Source of the DNA: Chlorokybus atmophyticus
Lineage: Eukaryota; Plantae; Mesostigma and Chlorokybus algae
DNA: 64,000 nt
NCBI GenBank assembly: GCA_009103225.1
Contig: RHPI01002069.1
Location: 1,822,846 to 1,886,845, forward strand
Reading direction: 5' to 3'
Of this stretch, positions 1-12,908 are shown in pieces. The position numbers and the translations under genes were made by a program. A model generated the notes under the pieces. The model saw only the letters and a list, made by a program, of their open reading frames with translations, had not been told where the DNA came from and did no database searches. Within the stretch, counting starts at the first letter, position 1; every line of letters starts with the position of its first letter.

Positions 1-52
1 TTGTTGTCGCTGTGTGGACGTTGATTGGTGCCACTCGTCCCTTTGTGTGCAG

Positions 53-1053
53 GGCAGAAAGAGGGTGGTCAGGCGTTAATCGGCGGCCTGGACGTCACCG
101 TGCACCGCAACTTCTTCGGCTCACAGGTATCATAAATAGAAAGAGACAAAAAAGTGTGCGCGTGGGTGTGGGTGCGTGGGTGGGTGGGTGTGGGTGCGCA
201 CATGCGAGCGCGTGTGCGTGCGCGCATGTAGGTTCACCTCCAGCTTCACAAGCTGTCTTGGTAACGCGTTTTAATCCTTGTGCCCATGAAGTTGAACAGT
301 TTTGAGGCGAGCCTCACAGCACCCGCGTGCCTTTCAAAACATGATGTACCGAATGTGGTTGGGGAGGATCCGTCGACCTTCCGTGCCGTGTTCATCCGCG
401 CGCCGGGCATCCTGCAGCTTGGGGAAGGCGTGGAGGTGCTCGCCGAGTGCCCCGTCGCGCCAGAGGACCTGCCGGAAGGCGCGCCTCAGGTGGGCGTGTG
501 TGCGTGGGCTTGTAGGTGGGGGTGGGGGTGCGAGTGGGTGCGTGCACACGTGTACGTGTGGCGCGGAGACACAGCGCGTGCGCACACGTGTGTGTGCGTA
601 CGTGTGTATGAGAGTACGTGTGTATTGTGCTGCGCTGCGAGTTTGCGGGCAGAGTGGCGGCACAGGCATGTGTGCTTGCGTGCAACAACATGTGTATTGT
701 GGTAACTTGATCTGTTGCTGTTACAGACGGACAAGGTAGTGGTTGCTGTGAGGCAGAACAACCTTCTTGCAACAGCTTTCCATCCTGAGCTCACAGCCGA
801 CAACAGATGGTAAGCTTACATCTTTCAAGACAAGAACCCACCACCAGTATGTACATATAAATCAGACCGCTACTGGTCATGCAAGGTTCCAACATTTACG
901 CGTTGCGTCCTTTGGCGTGGCAGGCACCAACTCTTTGTTGACATGTGCTCCAAGTTGCCACCTTACTCGAGTAAAGGCTCGCAACCAGCTGGCGAAAGTT
1001 TACAAAAGGAGTCCATTAGGTACTGTAGACCTGCTGATCTACCGGTTAGGTGA
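53..1053 (+). CDS. PDX2: Pyridoxal 5'-phosphate synthase glutaminase subunit (PDX2/SNO), 3' part; 5' end lies outside the window; spliced
   Basis: Exons about 53-126 ([17 protein letters not shown]), 291-490 ([12 protein letters not shown]), 727-809 ([23 protein letters not shown]) and 924-1053 (HQLFVDMC...DLPVR*) with GT-AG boundaries. FIRAP and FHPE are hallmark SNO/PdxT motifs. Confidence 0.93.
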
Positions 1054-1683
1054 CGAGTGAACTGGCTGGATTTTCATTAGCCATTGAGTAGTGTTGTGTA
1101 GCTGGTGGTCAGACATTGAGGCGTAAGTCATCACATTGGTGAACAGTTGGTTTAGCTTGGTTTGCCGCTGCTGCCTGCATGCAGCTGCAGCTCACGTCTG
1201 ATCGCTGGACAAAGCATGTCGAAGTGATGCATTGTGACACTCTCATCCCCCGGCAGACTCTATGTGTAATCTGCACTACTCATGTCGGTTATATATAGTT
1301 GGGGATAGGTCGAATCATACCCATGCTGAGTTCACTACAGTTACTGGCTCCTGTGCACCGCCGGTACATGACATGCACCAGCGCACTGCCAAACCGGCAG
1401 TACGATTGCATTGCCACCTTTGCGTGATCAACTACAAGTTGAGCATGAATGCAGCTGCGCGTGTTAACAACAGGCAATGCGTGAGAAGCACACATGTACT
1501 TGCTATAGCTTCAATCCCTCAGTGCCCAACCACGCAACGGCAGCACATCACAAACTGCGCCAACACTTGGGCAGATGAAGGATAGAGAGGAGAGGAGGGT
1601 AAGGATAAATTCATAATCAATGCTAGGATGATACAATAGACCTCGATGCCAGTGTTGCGTCATCAACGTCCAGACCAGAGACG

Positions 1684-4600
1684 TCACCGCTGCGGTAGCT
1701 TCTCTGGTGGCAACGCAGCCAGCATTTGCGAGACTCCGTCGTTTGCGATGGTGACGATTGTAGCAGGGTCGCTCTCAGGAAGTGGGACCAACCAAGGCTC
1801 GCCGTCAATCTGCAAATACGCCTCCTTGAACCTCTTTGTCCCGTGAAGTTCCGCGCGCACCTTACTCACCTGCGCACGACAACGTGATGTTGCACTGGAC
1901 TCAGGTATAGCTCCCACATGCACTCTGCCACGCAAACAGAAGGCAGATTGTGTATTTCATGAGTGCACGTGTGAGTGCACGGCAAAACTTAGTAGAAGTA
2001 TACCCAGTAGCAGCAATAAGAATGAGGCCAACCTGTGCCAGACGGACACCATGAGTCATCCTGCCCATCATGCAGCCCATGTCCCAGCCGCTACGAAACC
2101 CAACAACCTCAAGCAGACCATCATCGCCTGTTGGGACCTTGAACTTCTGCAAACAGCAATACACACCTTAGCACAGATGGACAAACATGCATACTAGAAT
2201 AGATCAAATCCTCACACGCGCGTGCATGCGCATAGACAGGTTTCAACTGAATACGACAACAAAACCTGCTATATGATAATGGCAAAGTTTGATATCTGAC
2301 CTTTCGCGCTGCACTCTTGTCATGTGATCCCCATGGACTGCGCCCACCAGCGTAGCTTTGAAGGTTCAGGATGACCAATGCGCGCATGCTGTCAAGTAAA
2401 GCATGGGGTTAATGCATGCGGGCGTCGATGTTACACCAAGACAGACAGGAATGTTGCAGCTTGTTCTTGCACTCACTCGTTCGGAAGGTCCAGCTTTACC
2501 CATTCCCCTAAACTGTTCGCAACAAACACTTTGGCCACGGCATTGATCTCCCTGCATGTACCACTGTTAGCTGATGCATTTATTCTGTAGCGCAGGTCTA
2601 GGGGTTGCACAAGTCATTGCACGGGTGATTCAACACTTACTCTGCAAATGCGCAAGGACAGCACCAAGTGCACCCCGTGCAGAGCCATCCCTGTTTCAAG
2701 CCGTAGTATCCATACAGTGTTTGGTTGATGAAGCGGCCGCGGACCATCTTAGGGTGTTCTTCGCGGTGCGTGTGGAATCCATGTGCAATCTGTGCATCCA
2801 TGCCTGATGCCAAGTAGACTGTCAGCTAATCTGCAAGCTCGCTTGCCACAAGTGTCCTGTCCGCAGCATGAACGGCAGTTCTCACCAATGCTGAAGTAAT
2901 TCCACATGCCTCCTTCATACACTGCCCTCTCCGGAACTCCCTCCTGACACAGCGCAGAATGATATGCTGCAGCAGCATGCAAGCCTGCTGCTGAGAGCGC
3001 TACTGTCTGAGGTTGATGCATTGCAAACTGCCACTGACCTCATTAACGATAACGCCCTCAGTGCCTCGTTTGGCCAGAGAGTTGGGCAACTTGATGGGCG
3101 CATCTGTTCCTGGTTGAAATGTCACAAGCCACCTGAAAGCAGTACACATCATAGTATCATGGGACACACTGTGTGCTGAAGCACACTTGGATATGCTACC
3201 AACAGAGGCCAATCGTAATGACACCAGTCAACTTGCGGATTATAGCATTGACTACATGAGACGGTTAGGCTGACAGAACGCTCAACGCTGCATGCATATC
3301 TGCAAGGCCCTGCCACATACCTGTCCAGATGAGCGAGCCTTGCTGTGAACATCTGCTGCAGGGTACCACGTACTCGCGCAAAAGAAGAAAAAGATCTGCC
3401 CTGTAATCCATGTCAGATGTCTAATCAGGCCCATGTACCACCACCACCACTTCAACCGCAATGGATCAACACAACTCACCCAACCAAAGGAGCGTGACAA
3501 GTCGTTGCCTGTGCCAAGCGGTATGATGGCCAATGCGGGATCTTCCTCCAATCCTAGACCCCGTATTGCCCCTAATAGCCAACCAACAGTGCCATCACCA
3601 CCCGCAACCTGAGAACCTCATGTCACACTCACTTGTAGCGGCATGCACAGCAACAGAGCACCTGCACGTGCTTACCACAATCCTGATCTTTGCTTTGACT
3701 TCTGCGGCTATAGTATCGCCGGCCTCAGCGGCCTTATCCAAACGAGCGTACAGCGCTCTGAGGACAACATCAGGCCTGTTTTGCTTCTCTGCAAGGTCAA
3801 ACACCTAATGGTAGCAATGGAAGTTAAAGATGGACTGCTGGATATTTAAGTCACAAGTGACCACCGGTTTGATAAGCAAGTCTGTGCCTGACCTGCAACG
3901 GGCCAATGAACTCGGTCATCTTCTTGCGCACCGCTGGGCCTTTTTGACCCCCGCTTCTCGAGTTGATAAAAAGGAGAGTCGGTGAGGCCTCTTTATCCAG
4001 GTTGCGAAACGGCTCCGCTTCTGCGGGCGAGTCTGTTAAGTACCTTCTTGGAATGACAAACTTCTCAAATCCCTGCACAAGCATACTGAGCCTAAACAGC
4101 CACACTGAGCAAAGCCGCGGTGCCAGCAGTAGCCCTGTCGTACCGCCTTTGATGAGACTGCCATCGTTGCTGATCGTTTCAAGCGGTCACTGAAGGTTGG
4201 TTGCCTCTGCATGGTCGCTGCTTTTGGTGGCTTCGGCGGTATGGGTGTTTCAACGCTTAGTGCAGCTGCAGGCTGAGCTGGTGCCTCTGTCGCCAAAGGA
4301 CTATCGCGGGTGACTTTCGACCTTACAGTGGGTGGTGTCAGATTGGAGTGCAGCCCAGTTGTGGATGTGGAGGCCGACACGGGAGGTTCCTCTATTTCAG
4401 TTATCTCCGTCACGAGCAGCACGGGCGGCCGCTTGGCGGATGTGACAATTTTGACATCAGGTGGTGGTGCAGACGTGCTTGCTTCATGTGGTGCTTGTTG
4501 GGTTGCTGCTCTGTTAGCCACCTCACTCTCTAGTGCTTCGCTGGTAGACACTGCTCCCACATGGTGTGAAGCATCAGTTTCAGTGGTTGGGGAGACTGCT

Positions 4601-5555
4601 GCCTCATTAGCTAGAGTGACTGTTCTTGCTGTCTGCTCCTGCAGTGGCGAGTCCAGCGGGTCAGCCTGTCCCTCGCGTGAAATTCCATTCACAGTTGTGC
4701 TCGCAGCAGCCCCAACGGCTATGCCCGCAGCTGTGGGGACTGCGCTGTCAGCAGCAGCGGTAACGGTGTCCGCAATGGCACTCGCAGCTTCGACAGTCTT
4801 ATATTCATCCTCCTGCAATGCCACACCGTTGACAGACACCGCTTCATCGGACTCAAGTGTGTGCTTCTGGGAAACAGGCAGCTCCCCTTCTGCACGTGAA
4901 GCTGGCACAGCAGCAGCTGTGGCGTCCTCCAACGCCATCGCCTCCTCTAGCTGCGAAGCAACCACCCAGCTTACATTGACACCGAGTAACACTGGTTTCC
5001 AAGGCTAGTAAGCTGAACAACAGAACCAAACACGGACACCTTTACATTACATGCCATGCTACCTCATTCTCTGACTGTTTGCTTTATGCCTAAACATAAG
5101 TGATGTCAACTGTTGCTGCAGTTGTTGCACTACAGACCAAGTGTTGTTGTCGCATTGCGTGTGACAGTCTAATAGAACAAGCAGCCGGTACCACACCAGA
5201 AATGGAGCAAATTTGATATGACAGCTGTGAAGAGTTGTGCGTTGTAGTGGGAGCTCAACTACATGATAAGTTTTCAAGCGTATGTTTGCTGCAGCATGTG
5301 TGTTGGCCAACGGTCACATGCAGCTCCTGACAATGTGCATGTAGCAAGCCCAAAACACAATCTTCACTCAACTGTCGCGTACATTGCATTGCCTTCATGC
5401 CTCAGCAATGCGTCAATTGGTGGCGTGTCAGTGTCTGGACACCCCTCACAATACCGCAACAATGCATACCGCAGCTTGACGTCAGCGCCGCGCTCAGGAA
5501 CGCTCCAAGCCGACGACAAAGGCCATGTGTAATCACATTCCCGTCTGACCGACAT
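1684..5555 (-). CDS. DGK: Diacylglycerol kinase with long low-complexity N-terminal region; multi-exon; start uncertain (at or above about 4950, possibly 5555)
   Basis: Exon peptides [50 protein letters not shown] and [10 protein letters not shown] are DAGK catalytic/accessory motifs in the correct order on the minus strand. Stop at 1684. Confidence 0.9.
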
Positions 5556-5687
5556 GCACCATGCTGAGCATCACGTCTCAATCAGCCTGGACACCGCCCC
5601 CCTCGCCGCCGCCGGCAACCACGACGACGACGCAGCTCAGCTTTGCCAGCTGGCAGCATTTTCACTGAACGATCACTGTGCTTCAGT

Positions 5688-5695
5688 TAGGGTTT
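5688..5695 (+). promoter_or_regulatory. Telo-box (TAGGGTTT) between the divergent DGK and EF-hand genes
   Basis: Exact TAGGGTTT about 115 bp upstream of the ATG at 5809. Confidence 0.5.
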
Positions 5696-5808
5696 CAAGC
5701 CGGCGTACACTGATCGCTTGGGATCACTCAGGCTCACATGGATCAGTAACCTTGGTCTGGATGCTGTTGGGTTCAGTACTTACTGATCCAGGTGTTGTTG
5801 GAGCCAGC

Positions 5809-8059
5809 ATGGCTAGCGGGGGCGGCGGTGGTGATGACGATGAGGAAGAGGAGGCCGTCGACTATGAGCGTCTCAGGGAAGAGCGCGTCAAACGCAACCG
5901 TCTCATGATGCAAGAGCTGCAGGTGTGTACTCAGGGTGGTGGTCGCTGCAGTGAAGTGCTGCGCAGTGCTGACTGCGTGCTGCTGCCAAGCACATGCTGC
6001 ATTCTTGTTTAGGTGCGTGAGAGGTTGCAAAATTATTCGCCAAACAGTGTCAAGTTTGCAAATGCTGTGCCGAGTTGTCAGTGGCTCATGCAGTGTACCT
6101 TTGCATGCACGATAAACATGCCACGAGCTGCTTACAATACTTGACGGGACGCAGCACACAACATAGAGGACGGCTTACAGTTCATTGGACTCTGTTTGCA
6201 TGCAGTTAACTGTATGAGCACAGTGCACAACGTACAGGTAGTGGCAAGCGTGCATCGTGTTGCGTTTCGCAGAATGACAGCCTTGTTAGTAGCATGCTTA
6301 CGGATTAATGCAGGTGACAGCAGCAGCCCAGACTCTGGCATCGAGAGCAGCTAATGAACAGAAGCTCCAAGCAGACAATATCGCTGCAAAGGTTGGTGCA
6401 GCAGATGTCGCGGTTACTTTTTCATCACCCTCCTCCTCATCATCATCATGCTAAATGTCATCAATTATGTATAGCACAAATACCGCACTACACAGTGTTG
6501 TCTTGAGCAGGTTAACAATGAGGCGCATTGACTCTTCTCCACTGTTTCTGTTGCAGATTGCAAGAGCAGCAACAGCAAAGCGGAGGTCTGTGCCGGTGCG
6601 TGCAGCCCGCGCACGGAGAGTCTCATATGCCGAAGGCGTCGACAGTGATGGCAGCAACGGAGGCGACAATAGCGGTGATGACAGCAACGGCGCTATTGCT
6701 GCAGGCAAAAAAAGCAAGCGCAAAGGCAGCGATGACGAGTTCGAGCCCGTGGATGATGAACATGATGATGATGAGGGTGGTGATGCCGAGGAGGCCAAAG
6801 ATGATGAAGCTGAAGAAGAGGACGATGCTGCAACGAGAGATGAAAGAAAGAAGGTCAGAGTACGTGTATCAATGTGACTGCCGATGTGCTGAGACTCTCA
6901 GGTTGAAGCATTTGACTTGATTCAAAATGTCTGTTCAGAGCATGCGCAGTAGCAGGCAGAAGCGACAAGCGGCTAAGGCCAAAGGCACCGGGAAGTCTTC
7001 TATTTTCTTCCCTGACTCTGATGATGACGACGTTCATAACGGCGATGATGAAGAAAGCCAGATGGCTGCTGCCATCGCTGCAAGCCTGGCGGAAGTTGAA
7101 CACGAGGCATTGCAGCAGGCGTTGGCCATGTCCATGACGGACGCCAATAACAGCAACAAAAACAACAATATCAATACCGATACCAGGCAGCCACAGAGTG
7201 AAGATGTTGCGCAGCAAGCCTCAACGTCAGCTCCGCAACCGGACCGGTCAGCTGTGACACCGCGCCAAAGGGCACTGCAGCAGGTTCGATTTTGTGTTGC
7301 TCTCTGTTGCTCTTTTGACCTCCACCTTGTGCCTGGCACTGCAACACAGTGCTTACTCATGCTTGACAGGTGGCAGCTGTGCAGGAGACGCAAGACGCCG
7401 ATGCGCAAGACAAACACACGGACGTCACAGCTATAGCCAAGCGGCCAGAGGTTAATGGGCGTGCACCTAAACGAAGAAAGGTTAGCTCAGACCAGTAGCA
7501 TGGACTGGGGTGACCACAAGAGTTTTTGTTAGCGTTGGCAAATGCAGGTTGGTAAAGTTCGCGCAACACTTGCTGCAACGCCTCACCAAGCTTCAACAAC
7601 AACATTGTATCACCCAATTCGTGTGTCACGTTTCTGACATTGGGCTGCGCAGGGACGGGGCCGCGCTCTTGAACCAGCATCAGATGCAGACGTGGTGAAT
7701 TACTTCAAGGTTATAGATGGTACGTGCTGACGATTGCTAACTTTTGTGCGAAGCCATGCAAGTGTTTGACGGCGCTGGCTGTCTGCTTGCGCAGAGAACA
7801 ATCGCGGCTATGTCACGGCTAAGGACATAGACAGGCTGGCCAGGGCGTATGGGTTCGGTGGTGAATGGACTGAGCAGAACATGAAGGACATGATTGATGC
7901 TTTTGACATTGATGGCGATGGAAGGGTATTTGATGTTCTGACGGATGTATCTGCTTGCAAAGCGTTTGTGCTGAAAATTGTGTTCCACAGATAACATTGG
8001 TTGAGTTTCAAGAGCTGCATGCCCGCCACGGCGTTGTGCCTGGACGCGTCCAGCAGTAG
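5809..8059 (+). CDS. Uncharacterised protein: N-terminal YERLREER helix, acidic/basic low-complexity region, two UIM-like motifs, C-terminal EF-hand pair; multi-exon
   Basis: Exons encode DYERLREERVKRNRLMMQEL, SQMAAAIAASLAE / ALQQALAMSM, YFKVIDENNRGYVTAKDI and MIDAFDIDGDGRITLVEFQEL (EF-hand loop DxDGDGxI). Stop TAG at 8057-8059. Confidence 0.75.
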
Positions 8060-8788
8060 AATGGGTAAGAAGCTGTGGCTCGCAGACAGTCAGTTCCAGG
8101 GTTAGGAGGCGCATGCACCAAGCATGTGGACACAACACATTTTGATTACAGCTACTTGCATTGTTGTTGCCGAAAAATCTTTAAGGTGTATCATGTGAAG
8201 TTGTTGACTCTGTGCGCGCACACTTACATGCGCGCGCATACAGCACCAGTCAGCAGCGAATACAGCACACACAACTGTCCAACAACAAACAGCAATCAGA
8301 CAACTACTGCAAAATTGTAGTCACGTTTAGGTGGTAACAGGCGTATTGGTTGGGCGCAGGGTTGCGGTAGACAATTCCAACCGTATGCGTGTGCATTCCC
8401 TTGTGATCCTGTGTGGCCCAGCATGCGCGCAACTGGCAGGTGATAATGGGCACAAATCGGGCAGTTACAGTTCTCAATTCTGGGCTGCTACTGACCACTG
8501 TGAGGTTGAGTGAGAACTCTATACTTTGTAAATGCATGACATCCAAGCAATGACAAGAGCTGACACATTCCAATAGTGACTTGCATGACAATCTGTAAGT
8601 ACAACACTTGCTACATTCATGCATGCCACAACCCTTGCATACTATAATTTACTCCTGCCAGTAATCTACTTACACTAGTGCACTGATTGCAGCAAACTGA
8701 CAGCTGCAGTGAACGCACTACAACTATACAAGCACTACGCGTATCTACAGTTCCAAAATTGAAATGGCCAGTCATGCCTACATGTGAC

Positions 8789-10457
8789 CTAGATCAAGGA
8801 GTCAGCGTCACCTTTCTTCAATGATGACACCAATCCTTGAGGCCGCTCTGTGGGCGGCTTGCCCGTTTTTGGGTCATGGACAGGAGGTAGCACGCAAACT
8901 TGGCCAAACTGACTGTTGTTGTAAGAAAACACAAACGGCACGGCTGTTTGAACCTGTAGTCTCAGCGACTCCTCTTCAGTGAGCCCGGCAAGCCTTGAGA
9001 TCAACCCTCGCAGCACATTGCCATGTGCCACAAGAAGAATGTTCTCGCCTGTCTCCAACCTTGGCAGAATGGTCGCCGCAAAGAACGCTTGTACTCTCTG
9101 GGATGTCTCCTGAAATGCGTGATGTGCACCAAATCAGCTTGGCGCATGTGGTTAACAACTGCATGCAATGTGCGCATGCATATCAAGTGGCCTACCCTCA
9201 GACTTTCACCACCAGGAGGTGAGGTGTCCGTGCTGCGTCGCCACAAAGCCACTTGCTCCTTGCCAAAAATCTCGCAAGCCCGTTCCTTGTTCAAGCCTTG
9301 TAACATGCCATAGCACCGCTCATTGAGTGCCGGGTCGGTGTACAGAGGCACCATCTCGCACTCAGCACTGCTCAGCGCCAACTGCGCTGCTAGCTATAAA
9401 AGCAAAAGAACGTGTTACTGCCTGATAGCACGGACAACTGCATTACCAACACTGTTCAAGGCAACTCCAATAACCAGCTGCAGCGACTGACAACCATGTC
9501 AATTTCAATTGCTGATATCACATGCTCTCAACCACATACCAGCAAACGCTGCCGATTCTTGTCGCCGTATCTGGCAGCACCATTGATACCACCACGTATG
9601 TGTACTGGTACTTGGCCAGCAGCATTCTGTAGAGCAAAATCTATTAGCGCTGTTCACCAACCTGGTACTGCCTTTCAGCAAAAGCAAACAAGAGTCAAAC
9701 TAGCCAAAGAAGACATACCTGCGTCATGGCAATCATCGCGGTCTGCTTGGATCTTGAAAGCCGGCTTGTCAATACCAAATCAAACTTCAGGCCAGCAAAC
9801 GCCCGACCCCCTGCAATGGCCTCCTCTACTCCCTTCGCACTGAGAGGTATGTCTACGTCGCTGCAGGACAAGAATCTCAGCACCAGACTTGAACGGTCAC
9901 CACAGTCCGCATGACTATGCTTACTGTGTTTTTTGACATATGTTCTGTGGCCAAGGAGATGCTTGCATTGTGTTCCATCTTTAGCATGATGGCCAAGCAC
10001 GTTACTATGAAAGCATTGTTAACTTGCACAGCGACAATTACCCTGTAAAAAGTCCTCTGTCATTCCACATGGACGCTCCGTGCCGCATGAGCACGAGCAT
10101 GGGCTGTGTCCGCGAGCCGGCAACGTTGCCGTTGGCATCTCTGCTCCGAAGTAGCAAGTCTTCCAGGGAGGCGGGGGTGGCGCAGCAGGGGATGGAGTCG
10201 GTGTCAAACGCCGCCACGACGGATGTGGACGCGTCGGCGGCGGCGGAGGAGGAGGAGGAGGAGGAAGCCGTCTCCTTGGACGGCGCCGCAGCAGCCGAGC
10301 AGGAGCAACCCCCCGTTTGGGCCTGCCATGACCCTGCAGCCTGCCTTGAACGGGGCACCCGGCCTCGCCTCCGCCTCTGCGCCAACCGGGACCCGCTCAG
10401 CGATGACGTCTGCGTCCCGCCAACCAGCGCAGGTGTCAACAAAGCCGCCAACGCCAT
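8789..10457 (-). CDS. 2,3-bisphosphoglycerate-dependent phosphoglycerate mutase-like protein (histidine phosphatase superfamily), probably plastid-targeted
   Basis: Spliced motifs [59 protein letters not shown] and [10 protein letters not shown]. The Ser/Ala/Arg-rich N-terminus resembles a transit peptide. Confidence 0.9.
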
Positions 10458-11581
10458 CACGACCTGACACCTCCGTCCGCCAGCCTCGCCGCCGTCGCCA
10501 CCACCAGCGCCGCCAACCACAACACCGTCAACATGAACGACTTTGCGTGTGACAAACCTAACTCTCCCATAGACCGGTAGCCAGCAGCAAAAGACCGGTT
10601 GCTACGCCCGCGACAGATCTTTTCGCGGGCAGTTAGGGCGAGATTGACCGGTCTATAGCAGCGCAGCCGGTCTGTAGCGCAGATAGGGATAGGGATATGT
10701 TCGTGCCTGCTTGGCTTTTGTTTCATGATTGCCGTATGGAATTCGTGGCTGAAGTTATCAACCCGGCGGATGCTGCACTCGCCGTCAGATGCGAGTCGGC
10801 CCGGGCAATCCACGGTTGCAGACGTAGTTCAGGATGGATATTTTCGTCGCGTGGGACAAGACTGTTAATGAGTGTCAACTTGACACAGGCCCATGACGCG
10901 TGGACAGGTGACACGCGTGGTGGTGACGTGACTCCGGCGTGGGCCTCGTGCATGTGCCTGCGCTCTGCCATGCACAGAGGAGGAGTTCATGGAGTGAGAA
11001 GCCTGTGGTATTCTTGTCGCCGCCATGCGCCATCCGGGTGGCGGTTAACAACACCGCGTTCACAACACTCAACACTGTGTTGCAACTAACACATGCAGGA
11101 TAACATAAAGCTCGTTGCAAGCTTTGTTTTACTTGTTTACCTTATAGCTTATTTTGTTATTAAACTTGACTAGGAAACGAAACCCATCAAAAAACAATTG
11201 CTAACTGCATTGTCTTGCGATTGTTCCCAATATTAAATAAGTATTTAAACAATTGCACAATGCAACATGTGTAATTGCAACATCTTGCAATTGTTACTTT
11301 TTCTTTCTTTACGCGCAAGTCGGTCACTTTCATGCAAAAATAAACGCATTTTATCGAATGCAATCCAATGTTACGTTGCGATGTGTTGTGAAAGCATGCG
11401 GCAAAGTTGACGCAATTATTTAATCACCATTACTGAAGTAGCATAAAATGCTATATGCATTTTATTTGATACGCTCGAATCAATTTTTCAGTTCAACATC
11501 CACGATGAAATCGGTTTCTTTGAATGTGACCGTTTTCGCAATGCAAGTTCGTATATAGTACTATACATGAATTTGTAAACG

Positions 11582-11646
11582 TTTCAATTCAATGCCATTG
11601 AATTGAAAGGCTTGTAAATTTGACCGGGTCAAATTTACAAGCCTTT
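11582..11646. repeat. Two abutting perfect inverted repeats (12-bp arms with 3-nt loop; 20-bp arms with 1-nt loop)
   Basis: TTTCAATTCAAT-gcc-ATTGAATTGAAA (11582-11608) and AAAGGCTTGTAAATTTGACC-g-GGTCAAATTTACAAGCCTTT (11606-11646). Confidence 0.9.
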
Positions 11647-11741
11647 TTCGCCAGCTAAATGCGGCTTATGCGCTTAGATTTTTATATCACTGAATCTTAA
11701 CTTGGTAAGCAATGATCGCGACCACTTCAAACGGCGGCGAG

Positions 11742-12080
11742 TGTAACGGTGTGCTACCTCCATAGAGGTTCCCCGCCCTTATTTAGGATTAAATAAGGGT
11801 CCCAACGGGATTATACAGCCTATTAAGCCTTATTAGGGCCGTTAACCTAGTGTTAAGGCCCTAATGTAGTGTTACTTAACTATAACACTGATATCGACAT
11901 GAGACATGAGTCTCATGTGGATATCAGCTGCATGGCGGCGCTGCTAACGCAGCGGCCGCCATAGCCAGAGCATCTTTTGCTCTGGCAACTGCCCCGGCAG
12001 TGGCGGCGGCGGCGGCGAGGCTGGTGGTGGTGTTGGGGTAGGGGATTAAAGGGAGGAGGGGCACACCCTCTCTCCTGACA
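11742..12080 (+). repeat. 5' LTR (339 bp)
   Basis: TGTAACGG...CCTGACA, matching 18907-19245 except T/C at 11907 vs 19072. Confidence 0.97.
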
Positions 12081-12081
12081 T

Positions 12082-12093
12082 TGGTATCGGAGC
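12082..12093 (+). other. Primer-binding site complementary to the initiator Met tRNA 3' end
   Basis: TGGTATCGGAGC 1 nt after the LTR; canonical TGGTATCAGAGC with one G-U wobble. Confidence 0.9.
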
Positions 12094-12908
12094 ACGGGCG
12101 GCAAGGGGCCTGTGGGAGGGGCGGCGGCAGGCGGCAGGCACTGCAGGGGCGGCGGCAGGCACTGCGTCGGCAGGCGGCACTGCGGCGGCAAACTAGCGGT
12201 AGTTAAAAGTTTTGTTTGGTTTAACTGTTGTAGTTAAACGCTGCTGCTGGTGCCTAGCCTAGCCTAGCCTAGCCTATGCATGCCATGCCATGCCATGCCT
12301 AACTTGTCCTAGTTTAGTTGTTATTGTGTGAAGGGGGGCGGCCATCCAGGCCCCTCCCTGAAGCATTGCATCCAAGCACATAACATAGTAATCATATATT
12401 GTTTACTATAATCTTTGTGTGCTAACCACCACGTGGATTCGTGGTGGTGAAGGGCTTTTTATCTATTTTTTTGGATAAATTCCCTTGGGGGCAGTTCGGT
12501 GGCAACATCGACTGTCTCGGTACCGCCAGTCAGTGCGGTGAGGCCGCCAGAATTTTTCTGTGCGGTCGATATCAAACTCACAACTCACAACTTGTCGATA
12601 TCGGCCTGTAGGGCTGATTCAACGAGATTTTGGCACTTTGGGTGTCAATTGTGATTGTAAGTTGAGCTGGGTTGTACAAAGTGAAAACTTTGAGCAGCCA
12701 TAGCTCGTGAGCCGTCGCGTGCATTCGCGTGCGGTTTGTTGCACAGTGATTGTCTAGTTGAGAGGTGTGTGGAGAGCTCTTGTTTGGGCTGAATACTCCA
12801 CGTTTACCCCTCCAAACTTGACAGGACAAAATCACTAGTATTCGACGTTTTCATAGTGCACAACTTTCCGTGTTTGTGCACTATTTGAACAGTGTTATCC
12901 TTGGGCAG

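Noticed and set aside
4310-5008. 232-aa + strand ORF
   Set aside because: Antisense to the large low-complexity DGK exon; no independent motif.
11325-11338. 14-bp match GTCACTTTCATGCA shared with 62564-62577
   Set aside because: Several 14-mer matches are expected by chance in 64 kb, and the flanks do not extend.
11913-12191. Minus-strand ORFs across the LTRs (also 19078-19344)
   Set aside because: GC-rich low-complexity LTR sequence with no coding signature.
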